From contig JAHLWZ010000818.1 of assembly GCA_020536535.1 (NCBI GenBank), forward strand, positions 49,666 to 113,665: DNA of 64,000 nucleotides. The letters are read 5' to 3'. Origin of the DNA: Pelomyxa schiedti. Its lineage: Eukaryota > Protista > Evosea. Positions 22,848 to 36,200 of this stretch are shown here, piece by piece (positions within the stretch are counted from its first letter, which is position 1; each line of letters opens with the position of its first letter). The translations under genes and the position numbers were made by a program. The notes under the pieces are model-generated. The model searched no databases. It was not told where the DNA came from and saw only the letters and a list, made by a program, of their open reading frames with translations.

Positions 22848-25755
22848 TTACACTGCGGAGGCAAGGGGGAGGAAGCCGTCGAGGGGCTGCATGGTGAAAC
22901 CGGAGGAGTCGTCTCCCGAGTCAGCGTCTAGGAAGTGCATCTCTATCTCCTGTGCGTGGTCCATGTCGTGCAGCGCGTAGTGGTGACATGCGAGGGTGTT
23001 GGTTGTATTGCCTTCTATGGCCCAGCTGCACAGCACTTTGCGAACGCCGCGATGTGCTCTCTCCAAGAACCCCCAGACGTGACGGCGGAAACTCGTGGTG
23101 CAAGGAGTGTTTTGCTGCCACTTCCTAGGTAGAAGAGTGGCACGCTGTGTTCCCATCTTCTGTAACGCAGTCACCGATTGGCAGCTGTCTTCACATATGA
23201 ACAGACTTGCAGTGATTACAGCAGCAAAAGGAATAAGCATAACGGAGCAACAATCGACCCTAAACTGTATTATAGTCAAGTGATGGAGTAGTAACAATAC
23301 AGTGTTAAAACCTGCATATTCCACAGTTTGGGCAAGTAATATGGAATCCATCTCACTCCAGGGTATGCAATGTGATCCACGGAGTACAGTATTATGAAAA
23401 TCATGAACTGAATCAAGCACAATAAAGCACAATAACACCGAAATAGGTAAAACAGGCCCGGCACTCTTCCTCTGCTGACTGTACAAAACAAACAGTGTGT
23501 AACGAGCCCATACCCAACGCCAAATATAAATCCTGCACCTGATCTGGTTACAATTTGGTGCAACAAGTAAGACTTACCAAATACTTTGTAGGCTCGCTCA
23601 TAGGAGCACAGTATTGAAAAAGACCAACTCCAATTTCCATAAGGTACGAGAAGACGGACAAAAATAATGAAGGATGCCAAGGAGAGACCCCAAAAAGATA
23701 TGAACATAGCTACGGCAAGAGCGCAAGCTGATCGATTGACGAACTATGAAGAATGAATAAAAATGTCATCAGGTATTGACGATACCCCATTGGCACTTTT
23801 GCACATTACAATGGAAAAGAAATCTAAATATGTCCATCTGTAGAGACAGAATGCGAACAAGCACAACAACGTGGCGCAACCAATAACAGTCACGATACTG
23901 TTAGTTACAATACGACCCCACATATCCCAACTCTCCAGTTCTCCAAATTTTTGGATAAGAGTCTTGGTTTGCATTTGATAGAAAATGATGGCATCTTTTT
24001 ACAACGGGAGAGCGCCTGACAAATAGCCAAAAAGTGAGAGTAAAAGGTACCTGGATCATTGAATCCTTCTAAAAAAGGTGTATCACTCTGCAGTACTAGC
24101 TGGCTCTCAAGGTAAGTTTCTTTTCCTACTTTCTTTGCAAAATGGGCAATAAACCTGTTCAAGTTGGATTTTTCTCAGCTTCATATTTTACCTTTGTTTT
24201 TGTTTCCACAGTGCTTGCCAACTGAGTCTTAACTCTTTTTCAGTAAGTAAAGGTAGAGCAGTGTCCACAATTAATCCTTCAGATTGTGCAGGGGGAGGAA
24301 TTGAAAGCAATGCGGATATTGTGGCACTGAGATCTGTAATGTGGGGAATTTTGTTCACGTCGCTTCCCAACTGCTTGGATTTCAATTTCGTATCCTTTGA
24401 GTATATTACCAAAGGTATTTGCATCACAACTATGAAGAATTTAGCTTCTCGGTGGTGCACATCACGAACTTGTTTCAGGGCCTCCATGTCCGCCAGGGGG
24501 TATATGCCCATGATCGGCAGCAATGATAATCACTGTGTCTTTTGCTGCTGCATTGAGAATAGATTCAAGAAAGTGTGCCAAGGATTTTATCGCACTCTGG
24601 AATCTAATATCGGATAAATAAATAGAATGTTTTGGGGAGAATACTCTTGAGATCTCACGCCATGATCATGTGCAACATAGTCCGTATTTATCAGAGAAGC
24701 AAATGACAAACGTGACTTATCACTCAAGGCCAGATGTTTGACAAGAACCTTTGGGAAAAATGATGGCAACGAAAAAAACCACTGCTCTCACATCTGTAGT
24801 TAGTCTATCGTGGTGTATCCATGTTGCCCCATTTGTCGTATCTTCAATGGCCCCAACTATTCCGTACCCTAATAAAACTCAGGACCAGCAACGGTTCAAA
24901 TTATTACCGTCAAACGGTTCCAGTGACAATGTTCCTGCCCAGAATCCTTCCCCTGTGGCAGTTAAACCGGGTTCAAATTAAGAAAGCATACCTATTACCG
25001 AGCGGGAAATATTGTATTGCTTTGCTTCCCTGAGAACGGAATCCTCTACAATAGCTCGAGGCCCATTCCCAACGAACCTAAAAGTGTCAGGTTTTTAGGT
25101 CAGGAGTGTCACAAACCCTGTGAAACCTACACGCATTAAAAAAGAAAAACGCAAGAGATTTACTTTCCTGGGGACATTCCGGTTAACATGGATATCCAAG
25201 CACCATCACTTGAACTTGGCAAAACAGATTCCATTATGGAAAGTGCCATGTCATTACTGAAACTCGAATTGAAAAGGAGTGTATGCAATGCATTATCTTC
25301 CTCTACCGTATACCACCTATAGGCCTGTGAGACCAAGACCATTTCCATCAGAGAAATCTTACGGAATGCCATCTACAGTAATGTACACCACTTGTCTGTG
25401 GATCGTTTCCTTGGGCAACGGTGGGTTTGTGTTGGTTTCATTTATCATATCAAGCAACTCATTGGTATTCCAGAAAGATCCCTTTTAATGTCTGAGAAGA
25501 CTCATGTAAAAGAAGAATGTTACGTGGCTCGAATCTTTGAAAAAAACGGACATAACAGTGCTTATTGAAAACAGCACACTAAAACAGAGTAGGATTACAG
25601 CAACGGTTCTTATTCCCGAGGCATGCAGATGATCTCTGTTTGTGTGTGATTTTCGAGATCCGTTACCAACAGCACAACGAGAAAACTACTCACTTTCTTA
25701 TATGGGCACATCTCGTATGCTGCACGACCGGCTTGTTTGGATGCTGGGACCACAT
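22848..25755 (-). CDS. Multi-pass membrane protein with alkaline-phosphatase-superfamily domain (GPI ethanolamine-phosphate transferase-like)
   Basis: N-terminal TM; VVYITVDGIP, PSSSDGAWISMLTG, DYVAHDHG, ITDLSATISALLSIPPPAQSEG; several C-terminal hydrophobic helices. Confidence 0.7.
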
Positions 25756-25959
25756 TTTGTTTCTGTTTGACAGTACAGATCTCGCTTTTTTTAAAACACA
25801 ACTGAGATGTAATCATTCCGGCAATTTATTACCCCCACATTTTTATGGACTGGTGTGTTGTAGTTTTCAGAAGCTGAAGTGAAGAGTTCGGTTCTCACAG
25901 GGGTGAGACAATCAAGAAACCGAAACGATCACCCGTTGTTTTCAAAGAAAAAAATAAAG

Positions 25960-27116
25960 ATGTTGGCGGATCTGCAGGCGAGGAAGGAACGGTTAAGATC
26001 CCACCAACAACAGCAGGAAGTAACGCAGTTGGTGTTCGACGGTGCCGCATGGCAAGTGTGCATGCAACCGAATCTGGGTGGATCTCGTTTTTTCTTTCAC
26101 TTGCGGCTAACTCGCGTGCGTCGTTTTTTTTTTTTTTTTATTCGCAGACCGCACCTCCGCTGCCGCCTACGGAAGAACCTGATGTGCTGAAATTTATTAC
26201 GTTCAACATCGACTGCACTCCACCACTTCGCGAGGAGAGGGCGCAGGCGCTGTCGCTGCTAATTGGCGGCCTGAATCCTGATATAATAGCACTGCAGGAG
26301 TGCACGCCGCCTGCGCTGTCGTGCTTGATGGCAACTCCGGCAGTCAGGAGGTACCATTTCCTGTCAGTACCTGTATCTGGGGCAGAGGGTTTTATGGTGG
26401 GCATGCTGTCGAGGTGGCCACTCTCGGACCCACGTGTTGTGGATTTAGAGGGCAGACCAGCTGTATGTTTTTTTATTATTATGCTGATGATAGGGAAAGT
26501 TCCGTTCGCTGACAGGTTATCCTGTAGCTTACTGCCTCACTTAATGTACGGAAGTCAGATAATACCACCTACCCCATTGGAATAGGATGTTGCAACACAA
26601 TTTTGACTGTGAAGTGTTTTTTTAAACTCCGCTTTTAGGTGTGCATCTAATAAGTGGAAATAATCCGTTTAGGAGAGAGCAGCAAATCAAATCCATGGCC
26701 ACACGCCTGGAATGCTTCGAACACAATTGTAAGTTGTTTTCATTCATGCTCACGTGACCATTAATGAAGTGAGGTAGTTGTTATGGGGGACTTCAATGCC
26801 TGTATACCTGAAGAAGACTCGCTGTCCGTTCAGAAAGTAGGGTATGATGACGCTTGGGTTACCCTTCACGGGAAAGCTCCTGGGGCAACTGGCTTTGGAC
26901 ATAGGTTCATTTCCTTTTATTGTTACCCATCCATGGTTTCCCCCTCCCTCAAGAATACACAGGCTGGACAAAGTCATTTTCAAATCCGCGGCGTGGCTAC
27001 CCCTGACAATTGACATTGTCGGAAATACCCCAGTCACCGCACCCGGGACAGCAAAGCCATTTTTTATCTCGGACCATTTCGGTCTATGTTGCTCATTCAA
27101 AAGAAGGAGGATCTAA
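25960..27116 (+). CDS. EEP-family phosphodiesterase, TDP2-like
   Basis: KFITFNID, DIIALQEC, MLSRWP, VHLISG, MGDFN, RLDKV, ISDHFGL. Confidence 0.85.
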
Positions 27117-27190
27117 AAACAACAAATTGTGTTATCTGTTTCTGGCCTCTTCAATAATTAGCAGTTCCAGCCAATAATGGGTCTCTGTTC

Positions 27191-28527
27191 TTAGGCAGAG
27201 TAACAGCCTTGTGGGATAACGGCCTCGTTGCCGACTCCACACTCGTTGTTGCCACCGCACATGCGGAAGTAGCCACTCTCGCCCCAAGTAGCACCCCATG
27301 AGTTCCTGTGCGGAGACAAGTTGTCAGTACAGAAAAAAGGAGTGCAACACAGTCTGGGGATACTCACTTGATCGTGTACGAGTTGGTGGAGGCTGTCATT
27401 CCAGCCACAAGGACGGCGTGGTCAATGTTCTTTGGGTCGCACTGTTGGGGAAAGGGTTACTTACTTGCAAGGAACTATGGGGTTGTGGAAAAGTACCACA
27501 GATGGGCACCAGACTCCGCTTGAATAGTCGGAAAGAGTCTCTGCGTTAATGCCTACATCAACAGGCTGGACCATAGCGGCAGCTTGGAGATCTGCTTCGG
27601 TGGCGATTTCCTTGAAGGATGTAATATACCCCACATACTTCTTTGCCTCTTCCCTGTTAATATGTTAGGCACAATTGTTTCCAGTGACGTCACACATACG
27701 CGCATTTGCCAGCTTTAAGAACTGAGGTGTAAGGATAATCGTCCTCTGTCTCCAAGCCTACCTTGTTGTCAATCATCCATTGCATGGCGCCACTCTCCAA
27801 GCCACCCTCGCACCCACTGCAGTGGTATTTTATTCCGGAGACACAGTCCACGAGTTGTTGTTCAGAGAAGGAGGTAAGAGTGTATCCAGCAAGCTGGTAG
27901 CATCCCTCAATTGACCTAACAAAGTCAGGGAGGAAAGACAAAAGGAAAGGTGGTATGCACGTACTCAGCAGTGCCAAACGCCCAGCTTTTTAAGGTAAGA
28001 ATTAGCACAGCAAAGATTAAAACGTCATTCATACCAGCTGCCACATTCTTTTTGGTTCTTAACTGAAGTCACAGCCCCCTTGGCAACCCAGTCAATAGTT
28101 TGTGTGATGTTTGTTCCACTAGCACCAACGGCACGAGAACGGCGTGGAGCCATCAAATAATTAGCCTTGAACTCCTAAGTTGCAATTGAGAACAAACGAA
28201 ATGTGCGGGAATATGTGGTACCTCCGCTGTGAGGTCGGAGAATTGGTTAATGCCCTTTTTCCATGAGTGACCCTCGGCATTAAAGCGCTCAATTTCGGCG
28301 AGTTTGGCTGTCCAAAGAGTCTTGCGGTGCTTATATTCGGCCAACGAGTGATAAACTGCCCACAAAAGTTAGTCCAGATCTGGAAGTATGGACACACAAA
28401 CGCAAAACCATAAGAAACCAAGACGAGAGTAGGACGTACCCTTGCCATACTGCTTCACCCATGAATCAAAGTCAGAGAGTGCCGCAACGGCCCCAACGAG
28501 GAGTACCAACACAAGGATCTTGTTCAT
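27191..28527 (-). CDS. Papain-family (C1A) cathepsin-L-like cysteine protease precursor
   Basis: Signal peptide; I29 propeptide (GINQFSDLT); VKNQKECGSCWAF; SEQQLVDC; GCEGG; IDHAV; RNSWGATWGESGYFR. Confidence 0.95.
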
Positions 28528-28948
28528 CTCTTTTTGTTTGCTTTTTCTACAGTTTTCCACGACGTTTATGTTCCTTTGAAAACAACGAACTTTCCGACTA
28601 AAACCCCAAGATTTGGGGATCAATCAGATGACAGAAGAGATCACTTGCTCCGAGTCCCAGAAGCTTAAATTGGTCTCATAAATGGCAGCCACAACATAAA
28701 TCAGGTACCTTATCAAAGTCACAGATTCCAGAGGAGTATAACCTCCCGGTGAGTCCTCACATCTCCCAGACCCCATCACACGTCAGTCTGCCCCAAATCT
28801 CCTACTCTGAAGACCGGGGCGGTGATGATGAGAAGAAGTCGAGCAAAAGTGAATTTTTGATTTTTGTCGTGAGTGGCAGTAATTACCTGCGCCGTGACCC
28901 CTCGGCGGCTGCATCGACAAATTAATCATAAATACAAATTAACACAAA

Positions 28949-31900
28949 ATGGATGTGGTTGTGGGTGGTGCCAAGGAGTTCGCGGGGCAGAACGTGATGC
29001 TGCTGTATAAGACCTTGATACAATGGTCACGCAGGTGGATAACGATGCTGGTGAGGCTGTTGCTGCCAGTGGTTTTGGTGATCTGCATGTGGCTCACCGT
29101 GGAGATGCCGTCTTCCACATCGACTGGCACGGGTGACGGCAAGTTGATTGGTGGAATCCCTAAGTGCACGGTTTGTTTCCCCCGCCTTGCGAAGTTACTG
29201 TGTTTATAACAGCATCAAATAAAAAAAAGACGTGCAGAGACATCACTTGCGTAACTTTGCGGTATTCTCCAAACGACGATGTCGATATTTACAACATCAT
29301 GAGTCAAGTTGCCACTAATAATGACCCGCCCCTCACCATAGCGTATGTACTTTCTCTGTGCATTGTGGCACGCTTGTATTGTGTCGATAAGCATGAAGCC
29401 ACTTTCAGTTGTTCATTTTTCCACACAGTCCATTTCTTGCAGTGGATCAAAAGGGATATGATGTAGTAGCAATGGCAAATGGTTGGGCTCTTCAAATATT
29501 CCTTGGGAATCCCAACAACACAAACGCAACACAAGCTGGTGTGTAGCATTTTTATCAAGAGAGGCTTATGGCGGTTAGGTGTTGTATTTGACGTGCCCAG
29601 AGACTGGGCTTCCTTCCCAACGGGCGTGTTATCGACCTCTCCAGAATACATGCTCTTTTTGCCAGATGAGTACTGGGACCCATATCTGGTTCGGTATACC
29701 CAAGATTTGGATATCCAGCAGCCGCTTCAAGTTGCTCTCGACAGAGCAATCCGTATGACGAAGCACAGTTGTGGTCTAACTCATCTCAAATTAGTTAGTA
29801 CCTATAGCGGCAAGAATGTGGACCTTCAAGTAACTGCCTATGACGTTTATGGTGGAGATCCATATGATGAGTACTCATCAGAAGGTTTACTTCATACAGG
29901 GTCACTGTGCATCTCACTCCATGTCACCAGAGTTACTCGATGCTTTTATGATACCGTTATATATGTATACTATTGTAACAGTAGATTCTTTGGCAATTAC
30001 TTCTGTCATAAACAGTGATAGGAGTAGTAATGTTATTCTCGGTCTCAAAATGATGGGATTACAAGTTAGTACTGTTGATAAGAAGTTTAGTTACACAAAT
30101 AACAGAGTGCACCCTACTGGATCTCCACGTTCCTTATCAATGCTATTTTTGCCATCATTCCTTCTATCACCGCCATTGGTATCAATTGATTAATCCCCTT
30201 CCATTCACATTCTCTGAAGTGACTGGCATTATATGTGGGCTACAATTCTTTACATCATGTTCTTTCATGGTCCTTTTTTTCTTACTATGGCTTGGCTATA
30301 TGTGCTCCACAACCTATACTCTGTGGCTTAGTGCGTGGATACATCATCCCACAGCCAATAGTATCTTGTCTTAAGTAGTCCACTCCACTTCGATTTATCC
30401 CTCCATAGTGTCTCTTCTGGTTTGCTCGTATTTAGCTGGTCTCTTATTTGTTCTCCTTGATGTATTTCTTCCTTTCTTTGGACTTGACGAATCTTCCAAT
30501 GCAATTTGGGCTTTCAATTGGCCACTATCTTTTGCAGAAGTTACTAAATACGTCTTTTATCTGTATTCATTTCCTCCCTCTATCATTGCTCAGTCAATCA
30601 AAAAAGGACAACTGACACAGTAAATGGGACCGTGAGAGGTTGTTTGATATCTTTTCTTCCAAACTTACAGCTCAAAAGGTTTTCATTGGTCTGATTTGTA
30701 CGTCAATACAACGGCTCTCATGCCCAATTCGGATTATTACTACCCCAACCCCATTACCCTTTCTGACAACTTGCTTTTCCTCGTATGTGTGTCCGCTTGT
30801 CCTTCACTTAATTGATCAAACATAGATGATGACAACTTTTCTAGCCCTGTGGTTTGCCTGGTACTTTGATGTCGTATGGCCAGGAAAATATGGCGTTCCT
30901 CAGAGACTAATCTTCTTCTTCCTTCCACGTGTATGTTCACTAAGTCAGTTTTTCGCTCACAATCTCAGTACTGGGGATTTGGTGGGGCACCAGAGCCCAT
31001 TGTGGAAGTTGACAAGTTCGATGCTTCTAAACTCACATCTGTATTGGAAATGTTTCTTCATTCTTTGTACTTACCACACGAAGGTGATGGAATCCCTAGA
31101 CCAAGACGTTCAACGGGAATATAAACAAACAATGAAATTGGCCAAAGGTAAGGGATCCTTTTTTTGTTGTTGGCTTACATATTCAGACGATGATCCTGAC
31201 ACTCTTCTTCGTGTGCTGAAGATATGTAAGGTCTTCAAAAAAGGAAGAACAAGTAGTGGTCAAGACTGTAGAGCTCTGGACTATGTTACTTTCTCTGGAA
31301 CACGCGGTACCCCACGAACTAAAACACACCAACTTTAACCTGTACAAGGTACAATTTTGGGAGTGCTGGGACATAATGGAGCTGGCAAGACCACTACTAT
31401 CAATGTTTGATCGTTAGGCTAAATCATAAATCTTATAGCTTTCCATAGCTCCTGACAGGAGTATATGCCCCTACTTATGGTGACGGATTTATATGTGGCA
31501 AATCTATTATTACCGAAATGACTTCAATTCAAAAAAGAATTGGCGTATGCCCACAGGTATACTGTTCCCCTCACTGTAATGTGACCTTATGCCATCACCA
31601 GCATGACATCGTATGGCCGGACCTAACTGCTCGCCAGCACCTTAATGTCTTTTGCCTCCTCAAGCGAGTCCCTCTCAAACAGCTCAAAGGAAGTGTAGAA
31701 AGTGCACTAGCCTCTGTTCAACTTACAGAAGTAATACCTTTATTGTGTCCTTGTCTCACTTGAGGATAGTTTGCAGATCGAAGAGTAGAGACGTTCAGTG
31801 GTGGAATGAAGCGGCGTCTGTCAGTAGCCATAAGTGCTATTGGGAATCCAGATGTTATTTTCATGGATGGTTTGTACCTTTGTATTCAACCTTCTGCAAA

Positions 31901-33056
31901 ATTCACATCACTTTAGAACCAACCAAGGGTCTTGACCCATCGTAGGAATCCTTCATATATATTTGTTTTAACTTTGGTGAAGTAATAAGAGGGAGCTCTG
32001 GAATGCAATAGAAACAATGAAAGTGAATAAACTCATTGTTCTTACAACACATTCTATGAGTGAGGCCGAGGCACTTGCAGATAAAATTCTTATACTTGCC
32101 CTTGGCAGGTTATTGCTCCCACCCTTTTCTATCCCCTGATCCTGATGATCACAAAGGTTACGTGCTGTTGGTTCTTCTGCGCACCTCAAGAAGCGTTATG
32201 GTGCGGGATATAACATTAACGTTGTCGCAGAGGATACAACTGCCGTCAGGAATGGTATTCTTCAAATTGCACCTGGCGTAAAAGTACTTGCCGAGACAAG
32301 CGGGAATCTCTCGGTTGGACTTGGTACAACAGCAAGCAAAACAACTGTGAATGTTCTCAGGTATTTGGAGGAATGTGCTTCTTCTGGAAAATTGAAGGAT
32401 TGGGGCTTGTCAGAAACAAGTGTGAATTCCATTCCTTCATAGTGAAAACCAATGTAACCTATCGGAAACCACACAAAAAAGCAATGGAACAGGTGTTTTT
32501 AAGAATCACACACGGTGAGTACCTCAGTACTGATGACGCTGAGTTGGACGATGAAAACATCAAGGTCAAGCTTGCTGTTATTGTAGATGGTGAACCAGAT
32601 GTACTTTCCCTCACTGTTTCATCATCTCATACTGAAATTTCATAGCCAAGAGGACTCATCCAAGTAACGCGGGCAACATCACTGCTTGATACCAGAGCCA
32701 TCATAGAGCAGAATATCCCAGACATCTCACCAGAATACAACTTTGTGTACAACGGAGCAATCATTACCAGCCAGCAGGTAACTTTCCTCCTTCTTTTTGG
32801 AGTACTCTAACATTACCAACAGGAAGCTGACATGATGGCAGCAGACTTCACACCAAACCTTGTTATTACCTCAAAGATGCAAACACCCGTACCTTCCTCC
32901 AGTGCATCAGCGGCCGTCATTGACCTCCAGAAAAGACTCGACCAAGTAACCACAGAAAGAGATGCACTAGCACACGAAGTATGGCAACTACGGGCTGCTC
33001 TGCAAGCCATGAAAGGAGGACCTTCAGCAGTACCACAATTACCACATTTGCCCTAG
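28949..33056 (+). CDS. ABCA-subfamily half transporter with C-terminal extension
   Basis: LAWYFD-like WFAWYFDVVWPGKYG; Walker A GHNGAGKTT; IGVCPQHDIVW; signature FSGGMKRRLSVA; Walker B VIFMDEPT; LTTHSMSEAE. Only one TMD and one NBD seen. Confidence 0.92.
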
Positions 33057-33256
33057 ACCATTCATTGTCCACGTGATTCCAGCACCATAACCAGCTCCCA
33101 TCTCTTTCTTTCTTAGTTATGTAGAATTGCGAACAAATTGTTTTTTGACACTCAATTTGGTGGAAAGATAGAAGAAGAGTGGTTAGACAAAAAACCCAAA
33201 AAGGTGTTATTTATAAACACTCTTTTCTTTACTCTATACACTCCTAGTGGAACACC

Positions 33257-36200
33257 TCAAAACAGAGGGTGAGAAATCCTGCTTCTGATTGAGGGTGATT
33301 CACTGATGGTCCTTGCAGAGGACCTAAGTTCCTGGCTGGGCCTTATCAGGAATGCGTCAACCCGAACACCGCCTTTGACTTGTATCTCCCCACGTGGTTC
33401 GAGCGCAAACTCGCCCTTCAAGATCTTGGCTGTGTGTAAAGTGATCTAATTTGAGCCGGTGTGAGTTTGGCTAGAAATTCTGGTTTGGAATTTTTACCTG
33501 AATAACATCAGCAACTCCACTGCTTTCCATTCTTGAGGCCATGTTTACAGAGGGGCCCTTTTTTTGATAGAAAGCGATAGTGAGAAAAGACCAAAGAAAA
33601 GAGAATGGATGGAGTGGTTAAGCATACCCAGATATCATACATGACCTTGGACTTTCCAATTACCCCAGCTACAACGGGGCCGGAGTTTATTCCTACGCGA
33701 ACATGTAGGTCAGTGCCATTTTCCTTGTTGAACTCGACAAGGCTCCGAATCAGCTCGACTCCAAATAGAACCAAAGTTCTGGCGTGTGTAGTGTTGGTTT
33801 CAGGACAACCGCATACAGCCATGTAGCAGTCTCCAATTGTCTGGGTGGAGTTACTTGGAGATCTTTCACGAGTAGTGCTTGGAAGTTACCTTGATTTTCT
33901 CCACACCAAATATGACAGCTTTCTCATCCCACATAGAAAAGAGCATATCAAGGAGATGGACAAGCCGATCTGCGTCTATTGTCGTGCTCCAAGAACTGAA
34001 AGCCACAATATCTGCAAAAAGAATTGACACCTATTGGTTGAAGAAGAATAAGTCAAAGGTGATTGTAACATTTCGAGAAAAACCTCAGAATGTTGGTCGG
34101 CGATTGACTGGTGTTGCCCCTTTAAGGCCTTCAGCCTCTCAACTATTACCTTTGGTAGCATTGACTGTAGTAATGATTCATGTCGATCAAGGAGGTCTTT
34201 GTACCCTCGAACATCACGTAGATCTCTCACTATAGCAATGGAGACATCTCCACCTAATTTGTCGAAAGAGAGTGTATTAAGAGACAATGTCAATTTATTA
34301 AAGAACTTACTTTCGAGAATGGCAATAGACTTCGACACTAGAACAGGAAACTCGGAACCGTCTTTGTGAATGGCGATTGTTTCCGTATTTTTCTCAGAGG
34401 TTGTATCCCTCTGTGAAGTCACCCAATTGGCACCCAGAATAGCACTAATATCTTGCCCAATGATGTCTGCAGAGCTCCATCTTCCACAATATAAGATAGA
34501 AACAAATTGACTTCGAATTTACCCAAACATGGCCTCTGCCGCAGCATTCACTGTATCTATTTTCAAAGTAGTTGTGCTATAGAGTATTATTGCATCGGCT
34601 GCGGCTTGAAGAATGCGGTCTGTCTTTGTTTGTGCCTCTCTTAAAACTCTGCTCATTTGGGCTGTATTGGTTAGGCGGTCACCGGTCTCCAGGAAGTGGC
34701 GGATTTCGGGAGTTGAATTGATCACATCAACAGGAAGGAGTAAGAACATGCGCAAGGTGTGTTCAACTTCCTGTTGAATTTGAAGAAGTGGCCCTCGAAG
34801 TGACAAATATTGGAGAAAGGAAATCAGAGCCGAGATAAGAAATAGAGAGACTAGTATCCCTTGTGTTTTATATATCTTCCGAAGAAAGGCATCATATAAC
34901 GACTTTTCCTATGTTACAGATTAGAAAGGCTTTTCTGTAGGGGAGGTTCTAACGAGTTCCAGATGCCAAGGCCAGATTGCACCCTCATTGATAGAGTCAC
35001 AGGTTAGGAAATTCTGGTTAGCCAGTGTAAGATCCTCCTCCAGATCGGTCTTAAGAGAAAATTATAAACCCAGATAATGCCCAGAAGTTGGGAGGCGTAC
35101 ATTCAGCGAAGCTGCACTTACCATATATATATTATCAGCTTCCTATATCCCTTGTCAAAAAGAAAGAAATTCTTTGTAAAACTCACATCAAGTCCGGCAC
35201 ATCTACCTTCTGGAAGGAAGGTACTACAGTTACGATTATTTAGAATTTCGTCAAAGAGACCCATTTCAAGTCCAACGGAAGAAGTTTCCAACCTTTTTAA
35301 AAGTTACTGCTGCATTGCTCCAAAAGTTATAACCTTGGTGTCTGAGCGTAGTATGTGGCGACACTCTTTGAAATTGAGACGTGAATTGTGGTCAGAGAGC
35401 CATATGTTACAACATCCTTGAGAATTAGAGCAATGCAACGAACGTGAGTCAGCCTCATCGCAGAACGAAGAAGAGTCCTTGGACTGTTATAGGGTCTTTG
35501 GGAAAAAACAAGGAGGGACCTTGACATTGTGTAATCAAGAGGCACGAGGAATTGCTTGAGCTCTATTACTCCAAAAATAGCAATTATAACAACGAAAAGT
35601 ATGCAGGTGGCAGTTCCTAACAAAGCCCTATACTGTGTTAGAGGAGGAGGTTCGGTAACGGATACCTGAAGGAGAGTTGGGAGATATATTTCCCCTTTTC
35701 TGTACGCAGTAATTTGGATGAACTTCCGCCTGAATTAGAGGACGGAAAAAGGGTACTATCTTTTGAAATGTGAGAGATGTGTTTGAACTCACTCTTTCAA
35801 CCTGCAAGCTCTTTTTTGTTTTCTTTCTGAATTCTCATTACTGTCATTTGGGGAATACATAAGAATAGCCGTAGAACAGACTGTTGCTCCTAGGAAAAAA
35901 TGAGAATTGTACTAGGGAGAAGGAGGATAACTTTTTGCATCAATAAAAGTGACCGATACAGTAGACAAAGAATTCCCAAGGTGAGAAGAAAAACAGTGAC
36001 AGGAAGCACAATTGAGAGAATTTTTTTATCTCGTTTTTCGATAACCACTGCTTGATCCTATGTGTGCAGCATTAATGAGACTTTTCGTTCTTAAAACCAT
36101 ACCCTATAAGCACGAGCAACCTGATCTAAAACAGGTCTTACAATAGCATAACCATTATCCTGCGGGAATGTATTAATAAAAAAAATAACAAACGGATAAC

